Shown piece by piece: positions 1 to 9,054 of a DNA stretch of 64,000 nt. A program made the translations under genes and the position numbers. The stretch lies in the IMG/VR virus record IMGVR_UViG_3300032308_001297, positions 64,001 through 128,000 of that record; one strand, given 5' to 3'. The notes beneath the pieces were generated by a model. The model searched no databases, had not been told where the DNA came from, and saw only the letters and a list, made by a program, of their open reading frames with translations. This DNA comes from a virus. How positions within the stretch are numbered: the stretch's first letter is position 1; each line of letters begins with the position of its first letter.

Positions 1-99
1 CATATCACATTTGGATACGAATCTCTTAGCGAATCTATCTTCTTTTTTATCTGTTAGATGAGCAACAAATTCCTCACGACTGGTTTGTCGCAACTTCAT
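1..99 (-). CDS. Partial CDS (N-terminal 33 aa, runs off the window edge); next gene of the putative modification cluster, function unassigned
   Basis: Read manually: ATG at 99 gives MKLRQTSREEFVAHLTDKKEDRFAKRFVSKCDM..., open to position 1; overlaps the 3' end of the amidoligase gene. Confidence 0.55.
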   Translation of the reverse strand, partial: MKLRQTSREEFVAHLTDKKEDRFAKRFVSKCDM

Positions 100-961
100 G
101 GAATTCACGCTGCTTCTTGCCTCTTGATTTGTCATACTTTGTCTTTTCCCAAGCAAGATACATTTCGTGATCATATTTAAATTCTGGGAAAGTATATTTG
201 TCGTTCATTAAAATTTCTTGAACGTCAGGTCCACCATTAAGAGCAGCATCAATAAACTTCTCAACAAATTTAAACGAGTCTTCTATTTCCTTGCGTTTAA
301 TAGAAGAACGGAAACAACGGAACTCAATTGTTCCTGTGTGCTTCATACAATATGTATTGATTGCATGCCGGAAAGGACGACCCATAGAAACGCCATCTTT
401 ACCAGCAGCATGCAAACGAATAAAATCTTCAAAATTATTTGCTAGATTAATAATATTAGCGCACATATAATCTGGCATAGGACGACCGCCATCCCATTTC
501 AGATAAGTCTTAGCAGTCTTAGAACGAGACATATTTGAATCTTGTTGAAACTGATAACAACGATCAATAACGACGTGCTGATTTTCCTGGATATATTTCA
601 CAAGACGTTTTAGCGATTCAATGTCGTCTTTTAATCCTGGAACGTATACGTGAAGATGACCATGGTTGACGCATGAAGCAGTAGGACTATCCCCGTTTTT
701 TTCAAAAACATTGTATATATCAAATATACGATCGACCTGCTCCTGCCACGTTTTAGTTGGTTTGGTATTAACCTCTCCACCAACTGGTGGTTGCAACCCT
801 AAAGGATCGCAAGCAAGACCACGATAATCACCATTAAGATTTACAATATCCGTTTCTGCATATTCCCATTTACCAAGATGTTCTGGTATAACTAGATCTC
901 TTGATATATCACCCCATTCAATTTCAAACCCCCATGTAAAATTCTTTGGGTCATACTTCAT
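74..961 (-). CDS. Putative amidoligase (COOH-NH2 ligase, glutamine synthetase/GCS-like fold)
   Basis: Motifs TWGFEIE, GGEVNT, HGHLHV and GTIEFRCF match the ExE...E...HxH...EFR pattern of the putative amidoligase family; adjacent to a GATase. Confidence 0.75.
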   Translation of the reverse strand: MKYDPKNFTWGFEIEWGDISRDLVIPEHLGKWEYAETDIVNLNGDYRGLACDPLGLQPPVGGEVNTKPTKTWQEQVDRIFDIYNVFEKNGDSPTASCVNHGHLHVYVPGLKDDIESLKRLVKYIQENQHVVIDRCYQFQQDSNMSRSKTAKTYLKWDGGRPMPDYMCANIINLANNFEDFIRLHAAGKDGVSMGRPFRHAINTYCMKHTGTIEFRCFRSSIKRKEIEDSFKFVEKFIDAALNGGPDVQEILMNDKYTFPEFKYDHEMYLAWEKTKYDKSRGKKQREFHEVATNQS

Positions 962-1641
962 TGTAAATCCTCAACCATTGGAAATTCATACTTATTATAG
1001 CTTATTAATTTAAATTTTTCAACAATAAAAACTTCATACATAGGAGCAGCTACTTGAATAGTCAGTCCACTTCTTTTAAGAATATCTTTTGTAGAAGCAA
1101 ATATAATACCATTTTCTCCATATGAATAATGCAATGGCCTAGCTTCGTTACGAAAAGCAGTAATTACTTTATCTTTATCTAAAGTGCATACAGACATACT
1201 TGCTGGACGAAACTTATGTAAAGGAATTTCTCCAGCCTCTAAACATCGAAGAATTAATTCGCTATCATTCTTTGTGATAACATCATATCCAAAAGTTCCT
1301 TTCCAATTTTCTGGATTTTCTTGAGAAATAACTCCATTATGAGCAATAGAAAGTTCTTCTGACGCCATTGGTTGATTGTAAGCAAGATCGCTAGTTGAAT
1401 AACGAACATGACCAATACAATAAAGATTACCATCTTCATTGACCCAACTAGGAATGTCTTGATTGTTTATAAATGTGCAAGCATTAACAGGTTCTTTAAT
1501 AGTGTGAACCTTGCCACCCTTAACATAAGAAACTCCAGTGGCATGTTTACCACGGATCATTGATTGAATAAAGAGCCGACGAACAAGTTCGAACTCTTGC
1601 TCGCTCGGTTTCTTTATCGCTATTCCTAGCACACCACACAT
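958..1641 (-). CDS. Class II (Ntn) glutamine amidotransferase
   Basis: N-terminal MCGVLG (Cys nucleophile), RGKHATG, GHVRYST, NQP, AHNGVI, NDSE. Confidence 0.9.
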   Translation of the reverse strand: MCGVLGIAIKKPSEQEFELVRRLFIQSMIRGKHATGVSYVKGGKVHTIKEPVNACTFINNQDIPSWVNEDGNLYCIGHVRYSTSDLAYNQPMASEELSIAHNGVISQENPENWKGTFGYDVITKNDSELILRCLEAGEIPLHKFRPASMSVCTLDKDKVITAFRNEARPLHYSYGENGIIFASTKDILKRSGLTIQVAAPMYEVFIVEKFKLISYNKYEFPMVEDLQ

Positions 1642-3014
1642 TAGAAAAATGACTCCAACGAAGCTATCTCAGTTCCACCGTATGGATCTTTCATATCATG
1701 AGCAGTAAGATAGTCATACCATTCTTTATCTTCCCACATTCCTGGTGAAACTCCATTCCACAACGGACGATGTAAAGGATGATCTTTATTGGTACGACGA
1801 TCTTCTACAAATTGTTTACGTAACATTTCGTAATTATAAGATTGTAATTCTAACATCTTTTCTCGGAAATAGCAAACTACAGATATTCTTTCATTAGTAA
1901 CATCGTCCGGATTGTTAAGAACAATAGGAGTATTACCATGAATGATTTCGTGGTTGTTAACAAGGAGCAAATCGCCGGGACGAACATTAACAGCAATACG
2001 ATATTCAGGAAATACAAGATAGCCTCCAGTGTATTCTCCAGTCCCAAGAACTAGAAGATTTGATAGACCTGCATCAAGATCACCAGCATCTCGATGACAA
2101 GCAGTGCGGAAAGTTTTATTTACTGTAATAGTAGTGAATACTGTTTCAGGAACTAAGAAACGTGGATCAAGTTTATCTGCTGCTGCTTTCTGATTACCCC
2201 AACGCCAAGGTAGTAAATCCTTGAAACCTCTATTTAATGATTGGAGGAATGGATATGCAAGTTCAAATAATTCTGGATGTTTTTCAGTGTATGACGTTGC
2301 ACGCCCGTAAGGAATGCGAGGGTAACGATCGTACCAACCAGCAACACCTGAGAATACTGACTTTGCATAGTTAGTTGTTGATGCCCATTTTTCTGCAACC
2401 ATTCTTGCTTCTTCATAGACATCCTCCTTAGATTTATTAGATAAACCATCAACCCATTTATCAAACCAACCATGATATTCTGGATATACTTTCTGAACTT
2501 CTGAACGTAGCCAAACAGTGCCACGTGTTTCGTCAACTGGTTTATATTTAGGATCGTTATACTTTGCGCGAATACTTTCAATTGAATTATCTTCGAATAA
2601 CGAAGCACCATCATTCATCAAGAACTCAAGAACTTCCATTTGATATGGTGAAACCCAATCTCTGCCACCACGTCCTTCAGTGGAAAGCATTTCACCACGT
2701 GGACCAGCAGCAAGACCACGATTCTGACTTTCTGTTGCAGCGCCTCTCAGACCACGATAAGCACTATCCTGTTCTTCTTTAGTGAAGTAATTTTTACGAA
2801 ACTTGAATGCAATACGTAATTCATCATTACCTTTATCACAATCTTCACAATCCTTCATACCACAATCTGCTTTCTCAAGCGGATCGCAAAGCGGAGGCAT
2901 ATAACAATCAGTATCTTCCTCGATTAATTTATCGTAATGACTTTCATCGACGAAAGTACCTAATAGATGTTCGCAATCATGTTTTGTCTTTGCTACAATG
3001 CGTCTTACCATCAC
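1641..3014 (-). CDS. TET/JBP-family 2OG-Fe(II) nucleic-acid base dioxygenase
   Basis: FTTITVN-x3-RTACHRDAGD (HxD), GGYLVFPEY, RPGDLLL, HEIIHGNT, ERISVVCYFRE: the TET/JBP signature set. Confidence 0.85.
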   Translation of the reverse strand: MMVRRIVAKTKHDCEHLLGTFVDESHYDKLIEEDTDCYMPPLCDPLEKADCGMKDCEDCDKGNDELRIAFKFRKNYFTKEEQDSAYRGLRGAATESQNRGLAAGPRGEMLSTEGRGGRDWVSPYQMEVLEFLMNDGASLFEDNSIESIRAKYNDPKYKPVDETRGTVWLRSEVQKVYPEYHGWFDKWVDGLSNKSKEDVYEEARMVAEKWASTTNYAKSVFSGVAGWYDRYPRIPYGRATSYTEKHPELFELAYPFLQSLNRGFKDLLPWRWGNQKAAADKLDPRFLVPETVFTTITVNKTFRTACHRDAGDLDAGLSNLLVLGTGEYTGGYLVFPEYRIAVNVRPGDLLLVNNHEIIHGNTPIVLNNPDDVTNERISVVCYFREKMLELQSYNYEMLRKQFVEDRRTNKDHPLHRPLWNGVSPGMWEDKEWYDYLTAHDMKDPYGGTEIASLESFF

Positions 3015-3391
3015 TCATCCCCATAAAGAATAGATTTAATATCAGGCGGTCTCCAACCATCTGGTTTTAAAATCTTACCATCAGCACGACGAACTGGTTT
3101 TCCATCAACTAATTTTGCCATGTTTGATTTATGCACTTCGGCGAACACTTTATCGAGGGGAATACCGTAAGATGCAGCAGTGCCACACACAATGTAAATA
3201 ATATCAGCGAGCTCTTTAGCAATATTCTCCACATCGTTTTTGCACTCTCCTTGAATGTATTCTTCATATTCTTCCTTTAGTAATCTAAGTCTAAGTTCAC
3301 GTTCTGCTGGATCAGGAAGTTCTGGCTTTACACCAATATTCTGACCAACTGCTGTTTGAAAATCTTTAACATCTTGAAACATATTACTCAT
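3011..3391 (-). CDS. MazG-like / PRA-PH nucleoside triphosphate pyrophosphohydrolase
   Basis: LLKEEYEE...KELADIIY...EVHKSNMAK...RADGKILKP. Confidence 0.85.
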   Translation of the reverse strand: MSNMFQDVKDFQTAVGQNIGVKPELPDPAERELRLRLLKEEYEEYIQGECKNDVENIAKELADIIYIVCGTAASYGIPLDKVFAEVHKSNMAKLVDGKPVRRADGKILKPDGWRPPDIKSILYGDE

Positions 3392-3947
3392 TCATCCACT
3401 CCGGAGGGTTGCGTTTCTTCCAACTATGAAGATGAGTTTTACCCATCTTATAATAATTACGATAATTTGTTATGGGATCTGATGAAATAATATATTCGTC
3501 AGCCATACAAGAAGGCATAGTTGTCATATCATACTCTTCTAGTTTCTTAGGCGGAGACTGAAGCATATAAGATATCTCACCAAAACATTTATGTTGCTTT
3601 TCATAACGATGAGTGTATTCTTGCATCAATGCAAAGAAATGATCAACTAACCAATTATAATTCTCGATACTTGTGCGAGCCCAGACAGCACTCGGATGAT
3701 TAATGTGCGTAGCTGAATATATAACTTCTTCACGTGCATCTCCTAATAGCCACCATTTTTTCTTGCGAGTTTTTATAGATCCATCTTCTTGTTCAACCTG
3801 GACTTCTAACTGTATTTCTCTACCATCGAGAATACGATGCGCAGTAGAAAGAAGCTGAGCAGATTCTAAGATCATCTTCACAACGTGACGATCTACCATC
3901 CACTCTGCTGCTGTTACAGGATTTTTATCAAGATAAAAGATGTTCAT
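3384..3947 (-). CDS. Pyrimidine-dimer DNA glycosylase / endonuclease V-like protein
   Basis: MNIFYLD...DRHVVKMILESAQLLSTAH...THINHPSAVWAR...YRNYY, typical of the DenV-like family. Confidence 0.7.
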   Translation of the reverse strand: MNIFYLDKNPVTAAEWMVDRHVVKMILESAQLLSTAHRILDGREIQLEVQVEQEDGSIKTRKKKWWLLGDAREEVIYSATHINHPSAVWARTSIENYNWLVDHFFALMQEYTHRYEKQHKCFGEISYMLQSPPKKLEEYDMTTMPSCMADEYIISSDPITNYRNYYKMGKTHLHSWKKRNPPEWMNE

Positions 3948-4090
3948 ATATCGTATTTCTCAAACAATTTATATGCAGTATAAACCATTAACAGAATAAT
4001 AGCAAGCCAAATATAATCAGAGATAAGTTCTAGAGCTTCTTGATAGTGTTTATTAAGCATATCAAAATCAAAGTATTTAACATGCTTCAT
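3944..4090 (-). CDS. Small membrane protein (48 aa), not in the ORF track
   Basis: MKHVKYFDFDMLNKHYQEALELISDYIWLAIILLMVYTAYKLFEKYDI*; overlaps both neighbours at start and stop; one hydrophobic helix. Confidence 0.6.
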   Translation of the reverse strand: MKHVKYFDFDMLNKHYQEALELISDYIWLAIILLMVYTAYKLFEKYDI

Positions 4091-4587
4091 CATAATTTAA
4101 TCCTCATTTCCACTTTCTCTCCTTCGCGCCATTTCTTTAGAGCTTTATCTCTATAATATCTATTTGCTCTATCATAAAAACGAATACCATCTAGATGATC
4201 CATTTCGTGTTGAAACACTCTAGCAGACATACCTGTGAAAGTTTCAGTTCTAGTATCTCCGTTTGGAGTTCTGAATCTAACACGAATGTGTTGAGATCTT
4301 TTTATTTTAACTAACATTCCAGGATAAGACAAGCATCCTTCTTCTAAAGATACTTGAGCTTCACTTGGCTGAATAATTCTAGGATTAAAACAAACAAAAT
4401 TCTCAGGAGCACCTCTCATAGCAAAAACTCTAAAAGGATATCCTACTTGATTTGCTGCTAATCCTAAACCATTTTTTTCATACATTGTCTTTACGAGTTC
4501 TTGAGCAAACTCGATAGGTTCAACTTGTGGTTGATCGAAATTAAAATCGCTGCATTTTTTATGCAGATATCTATCTTGAAGTTCCAT
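4090..4587 (-). CDS. def: Peptide deformylase
   Basis: GLGLAANQVG, EGCLS and QHEMDHLDG motifs; start revised to ATG 4587 (MELQDRY), which has GAGG upstream. Confidence 0.93.
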   Translation of the reverse strand: MELQDRYLHKKCSDFNFDQPQVEPIEFAQELVKTMYEKNGLGLAANQVGYPFRVFAMRGAPENFVCFNPRIIQPSEAQVSLEEGCLSYPGMLVKIKRSQHIRVRFRTPNGDTRTETFTGMSARVFQHEMDHLDGIRFYDRANRYYRDKALKKWREGEKVEMRIKL

Positions 4588-4594
4588 AATTACC

Positions 4595-5314
4595 TCAGAG
4601 TAATGATTTAGCGAACGCTTCTCTGTTTGCCCAGCCATGTCCAGCACGTGGGTTTTGTGGAGTGTAATGAGCAGGACGTTCGTAACCAATAGCAACTTCT
4701 AATGCTTCGTCAATATTCTTAGAAGCAGAAAGTCTTTTACCAGTTCCTCTTTCAGAACCTTTACGTAGTTCCCAATCAGCAAAACGAACCTGCGTATCAA
4801 GATCATGAATTGGTCTGTTACGATCAGCAGCAAATTTCATAAGATCAGTTAGTCGTCCTGGTGAATGTGCGCCAGTTTTTCTATCATAGTTGTCACGCCA
4901 CTGGCCTATACCAAATGCTGTCTTTTGATCGCCCCAAACATTTGTGCGAAGATCAGAATATGATTCCTGCATAAACTGTCCAACCATAGCAGCTGCCTGA
5001 TAATCTTTCCAACCAAGATCCATTAGAACTTTTTTGGCATATAATGGACGATCTCTACCTTTTAACGTATTAGCATCAATCTCTACAGATGGCGGAGGAG
5101 CAACTTTTTCCACTGCTACTTTAGCAACATCTTTTGCTTTCTCAACAACAGGAATTGTTTTAGCAACAACTGTTTCTTTTACAACTGTGACATTGGCAGA
5201 AAGAAGTTTCTTCATTGCTGCAAGAGTTTTTGGTCCAAGATCACCATCAATCGGTCCTGGATCATATCCTCTTTCCTTGAGTTTCTGCTGAATTTCTTTT
5301 ACAATCTTATCCAT
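4595..5314 (-). CDS. Peptidoglycan-binding domain plus phage-tail-lysozyme-type muramidase (candidate endolysin)
   Basis: N-terminal QQKLKERGYDPGPIDGDLGPKT (PG_binding_1-like); C-terminal AAAMVGQFMQES...AFGIGQW...YERP. Confidence 0.8.
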   Translation of the reverse strand: MDKIVKEIQQKLKERGYDPGPIDGDLGPKTLAAMKKLLSANVTVVKETVVAKTIPVVEKAKDVAKVAVEKVAPPPSVEIDANTLKGRDRPLYAKKVLMDLGWKDYQAAAMVGQFMQESYSDLRTNVWGDQKTAFGIGQWRDNYDRKTGAHSPGRLTDLMKFAADRNRPIHDLDTQVRFADWELRKGSERGTGKRLSASKNIDEALEVAIGYERPAHYTPQNPRAGHGWANREAFAKSLL

Positions 5315-5317
5315 TTT

Positions 5318-7024
5318 TTACCTCTGCATCTGTGAAAAGTTTTTATTCTTAACGAATTTAACTACATTACTAAATTTCTCATTCATATGTTCCTTATGAG
5401 AAATAATAAAGATATTGTTATCCTTAGCAACGTCGTTAATAATATTAAACAAATAATCAGTAGAGTTTTGATCTAGAGAAGAATCAAACACTTCATCCAT
5501 AATTAATAGATTAGTGTTAATAGAATTACGTAATTTGGCTATTGATCTCCAAGTAAACAATAGAGCCAAATCAATCTTTTGTTTCTCTCCTTCTGAGAAA
5601 GAAGCATACGTAAAGTTATCTCTATATCTAGATTTAATAGTTTCGTTGAACTCTTCATTCAATTCAAACGACACAAAAAAATCCATAGCCGAAAGATATT
5701 TGTTAATTAACTTATTAATAATAGGAATATATTGTCTAATAATTTTAGATTTAATACCACCATCTTTCAATAATGTTCCAGCTGCCATAAGAATATGTTT
5801 ATCTTCAACCAGTTCATTATAACCAATTTCAATATATTTCAACCCGTTTTCAAACTCTAACAATTTATTATCAGATTGTTCTGTTTGTGATTGTATTAAA
5901 CCTTTAATTTCAGAATCTAATTGTTTGGCGTATTTAGTTAATGAATTCATATTTGTTTTCGCCTCGATTTTTTTCATCTCGAGATTTTGTATATCTGTCA
6001 TGACAGACATGATTTCATTCAATCTTACATTCGCTGTTTCGTATTCCTCAGATAATTTATCCAATCCATCTTCAATTTCTTTAATTTGATCATGCTTTTC
6101 TGAAACAGATTTTTCTCGGAAATCTTTTTCAATTTCTTGTTTACAGGTGGGACAGCTTGTGTGATTGTTGAGGAACTCAACGTCCTCATTGAGAACCGCC
6201 ACCTTCGCCTGAATTTTGTGCCGTAGTTGCGAGAGTTTATTGATCTTCTTGGATATGATTTCATTATCTTCTACTTTAGATTGTAAATCTTCTATTTTTA
6301 CGATTATATTACTATGTTCTTTTTGTAATTCTAGAATATGTTTATTTGTGTCATCCAGTTGAGATTGTTTTTCTGCAACAAACTTATCATTATTCTGTTG
6401 GAGCTCTTTCATATGCTCTTTTGTCATCTCAATTTTAGATTCGATAAGTTTTTTCTCTGCATATTTACTGTTAATAGCTTCGTTATTAATTCCTACTTTA
6501 TCTTTTAATAATGAATTCATAACAGTAAAAATCTGCAGATCTAATAACTCTTCAATAATTTCTCTACGTTGACCTGCAGGTAATTGCATAAAAGGTTGAA
6601 AGGTCGCCGATCCAAGAACAACGACCTGACAAAACGATCTCTGATTTACTTTTAAAATTTGTTTTTCTAAAATCTCCTGATAATCTTTCATTTCAGCAGA
6701 CTGATTTAACAGATTACCGTTCTGGTATACTTCGAAAACATTTGGTTTCAAACCACGAACAATTTTATATTGAACTGTTCCAATAGAAAACTCTAATTCC
6801 ACTAAACAGTTTTTCTGCGTAATACTATTAACCAATTGTGGTTTATTAATCTTTCGAAATGGCTTACCAAAAAGAGCAAATGTAAGAGCATCAAGAATAG
6901 TAGATTTACCAGCACCATTTGTTCCAATGATGAGGGTCATATCTTTTGCTTCTAGATCAAATTCGGTAAATACATTACCTGTTGATAGAAAATTTTTATA
7001 ACGAAGTTTTCTGAAATAAATCAT
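5318..7024 (-). CDS. gp46: Recombination endonuclease subunit (Rad50/SbcC-like ATPase)
   Basis: KNFLSTGN, Walker A GTNGAGKST, CPTC zinc hook, FSEGEK signature, LLIMDEVFD. Confidence 0.96.
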   Translation of the reverse strand: MIYFRKLRYKNFLSTGNVFTEFDLEAKDMTLIIGTNGAGKSTILDALTFALFGKPFRKINKPQLVNSITQKNCLVELEFSIGTVQYKIVRGLKPNVFEVYQNGNLLNQSAEMKDYQEILEKQILKVNQRSFCQVVVLGSATFQPFMQLPAGQRREIIEELLDLQIFTVMNSLLKDKVGINNEAINSKYAEKKLIESKIEMTKEHMKELQQNNDKFVAEKQSQLDDTNKHILELQKEHSNIIVKIEDLQSKVEDNEIISKKINKLSQLRHKIQAKVAVLNEDVEFLNNHTSCPTCKQEIEKDFREKSVSEKHDQIKEIEDGLDKLSEEYETANVRLNEIMSVMTDIQNLEMKKIEAKTNMNSLTKYAKQLDSEIKGLIQSQTEQSDNKLLEFENGLKYIEIGYNELVEDKHILMAAGTLLKDGGIKSKIIRQYIPIINKLINKYLSAMDFFVSFELNEEFNETIKSRYRDNFTYASFSEGEKQKIDLALLFTWRSIAKLRNSINTNLLIMDEVFDSSLDQNSTDYLFNIINDVAKDNNIFIISHKEHMNEKFSNVVKFVKNKNFSQMQR

Positions 7025-7282
7025 TTAATCCATGTTCCCGAAGTCATTGTTCAAACGAGATGCTGGAGCAGAACCTCCACCACCACTTCCGGCTGACGTG
7101 GAACCAGAAACAGGAAAGTTATGATGGCTGGCATTGAAAGATGTAGAACCTTCACTCCAACCAGGGTTCTCCCATGAGAAAGCAGGAATATCCGTTACAG
7201 GACCACCACTCAGAGAATGATACTGAGCACTAGCAACCGTGGGGAATACCACCATTGAGATTATCATCAAATATTTCATCAT
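7025..7282 (-). CDS. Small hypothetical protein with signal-peptide-like N-terminus
   Basis: MMKYLMIISMVVFPTVASA followed by a Ser/Gly-rich region. Confidence 0.6.
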   Translation of the reverse strand: MMKYLMIISMVVFPTVASAQYHSLSGGPVTDIPAFSWENPGWSEGSTSFNASHHNFPVSGSTSAGSGGGGSAPASRLNNDFGNMD

Positions 7283-7287
7283 ACATT

Positions 7288-7431
7288 CTAAAACCCAAAC
7301 TGCGATTTAACAACCTTAACAACTTCGTCAATAGTTTCTTTTAAGTCTTGATCAGAAACAGTATCAACAGGCAAACGATCTCTTAATACAGCAATTATGT
7401 TAGCTTTTGTTTCTTCTGAAAGTTCAAACAT
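7288..7431 (-). CDS. Small hypothetical protein (47 aa), not in the ORF track
   Basis: MFELSEETKANIIAVLRDRLPVDTVSDQDLKETIDEVVKVVKSQFGF*, with an AAGGAG Shine-Dalgarno upstream. Confidence 0.65.
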   Translation of the reverse strand: MFELSEETKANIIAVLRDRLPVDTVSDQDLKETIDEVVKVVKSQFGF

Positions 7432-7453
7432 GTTATTCTCCTTCATTCAATTG

Positions 7454-7852
7454 TTAACTTTTCGTGATATAATTCCATCCACCATCTAATTGATATTTTA
7501 TATTATGCAAATTACCTCTAGCGTATTCCATAAAAAACCAAGATAAAACTTTTGCGTCTAATTTTGATCCAGCTTCAGTTATTTCAATATATTCTTTTTC
7601 GTTTTCGATTCTTTTGTATATTATAGCGTTTATTATATTTGGTTTAAACCATTCTGGTAATTTATCATTTATTAACCATTCACACTTAAAACTTTTACAA
7701 GGGGTTTCTGGTCTATTATTGTATATAGAACATCCTTCTTTATTCATAAAATGACAAGGTCTTCCTGGCCAAAAATCATGATCGTAAGCCTTGCCCCAAA
7801 GCCAACCTTCGCAACATTTAGTACATCCTTCGCAAGATCTCATATTATTCAA
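7454..7852 (-). CDS. YkgJ/CxxCxxCC-family Zn/Fe-S cluster protein
   Basis: CEGCTKCC...PCHF...GCSIYNNRPETPCKSFKCEW. Confidence 0.75.
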   Translation of the reverse strand: MNNMRSCEGCTKCCEGWLWGKAYDHDFWPGRPCHFMNKEGCSIYNNRPETPCKSFKCEWLINDKLPEWFKPNIINAIIYKRIENEKEYIEITEAGSKLDAKVLSWFFMEYARGNLHNIKYQLDGGWNYITKS

Positions 7853-8903
7853 TTGTTAATGCCTCGTGATATAATTCTATTATTTTATTTTCTAACTTTT
7901 CTTTATTAATACCTTTCGATTCAGTATTACGAATATACTTTTTAAATATATCAATCGTAGATTCTGCTTCGTCGACAATATCTTGATCGTCCTCTAAATT
8001 TAAGTTTAGATGATCTTCTACGATTTGAATGTCGATTGGATTTTTCTTTTCTATATTCTCAATAAATTTTTCGAACCAATAAGGGTTATTTTTTTCGGTA
8101 ATAATAATTTTAATTATTTTACCTTCAAATTGATCATAGTCAATGTCGGAGTCCACAAACTTTGGATCCCCGTCGTTATACCAGAACTTATGAAACATCT
8201 TATATGGGTTTTCAATAAACTTTAGTTCTCTCGTTTCCGTATCAAAGACATGAAAGCCTCTTGGATCATTATAATCAGACCAAGTGAATTCAGCAGGAGA
8301 CCCGAGATAATAAATGTTGTCGCGAGTAGACTTATGGTGATAATGACCACTAGCAACGATATCGAATCTAGAAAACAGTTTAGGATCATCGCCATGCGAG
8401 ATGATGGATCCTTTAAACATTTCGAAACCCTGTAGTTCAAGATGTCCAAAACAGATTTGAGCATTTGTTTCCTTAATTAACTTGATAGCGTGTTCTCTGT
8501 TCTCATCATTAATCCATGGCATAAGAAGAATATTACAACCATCAAAGTCAATTTCAGTTGCTTCTTCATAAATATTTAGCGGAAACTTATTAAAAAGTTC
8601 AATAAAAGAACTGATACTATTAGTGTTCTTATGCATGACATCATGATTACCTAGGATCTGATGCCAGGTAATATTACGATCTAATGCTGGTTCGATCAAG
8701 TCTTTTCTGAGACGATAAGCAGTATTAATATTAATATACTTACGACGGTCAACAATATCCCCACAATGAACCACATTTCGAATGCCGTTTGTATCGAGGT
8801 ATTTGAAAAACACATCATCATAAAACCTTTTCATATAATCGTGAAATGCAACAGAGTCGTTACGAACTCCTGCATGACTATCGGTTAAAAGTGCGATTTT
8901 CAT
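7845..8903 (-). CDS. gp47: Recombination endonuclease subunit (Mre11/SbcD-like)
   Basis: TDSHAG, GDIVD, GNHD, GHLE and SGHYH metallophosphoesterase motifs; next to gp46. Confidence 0.95.
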   Translation of the reverse strand: MKIALLTDSHAGVRNDSVAFHDYMKRFYDDVFFKYLDTNGIRNVVHCGDIVDRRKYININTAYRLRKDLIEPALDRNITWHQILGNHDVMHKNTNSISSFIELFNKFPLNIYEEATEIDFDGCNILLMPWINDENREHAIKLIKETNAQICFGHLELQGFEMFKGSIISHGDDPKLFSRFDIVASGHYHHKSTRDNIYYLGSPAEFTWSDYNDPRGFHVFDTETRELKFIENPYKMFHKFWYNDGDPKFVDSDIDYDQFEGKIIKIIITEKNNPYWFEKFIENIEKKNPIDIQIVEDHLNLNLEDDQDIVDEAESTIDIFKKYIRNTESKGINKEKLENKIIELYHEALTIE

Positions 8904-9054
8904 TATGTACTTTCACAACAGCTGCTGTAACGTAATCACAAATAGCGTCCAGTCTAATTAATAGATTAGCTTTCTCATTTTCTCGAATGTTTTTGTCATT
9001 CAATCTATTAACGATGTCCTGAATGTTAACAGGAACTAGATGATTATTCTTCAT
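8878..9054 (-). CDS. Small hypothetical protein (58 aa) between gp55 and gp47
   Basis: MKNNHLVPVNIQDIVNRLNDKNIRENEKANLLIRLDAICDYVTAAVVKVHNENRTFNR*; fills the gap between the two genes. Confidence 0.55.
   Translation of the reverse strand: MKNNHLVPVNIQDIVNRLNDKNIRENEKANLLIRLDAICDYVTAAVVKVHNENRTFNR

Noticed and set aside
4588-4695. N-terminal extension of peptide deformylase given in the ORF track
   Set aside because: It overlaps the upstream lysozyme gene; ATG 4587 has a proper SD and gives a normal Def length.
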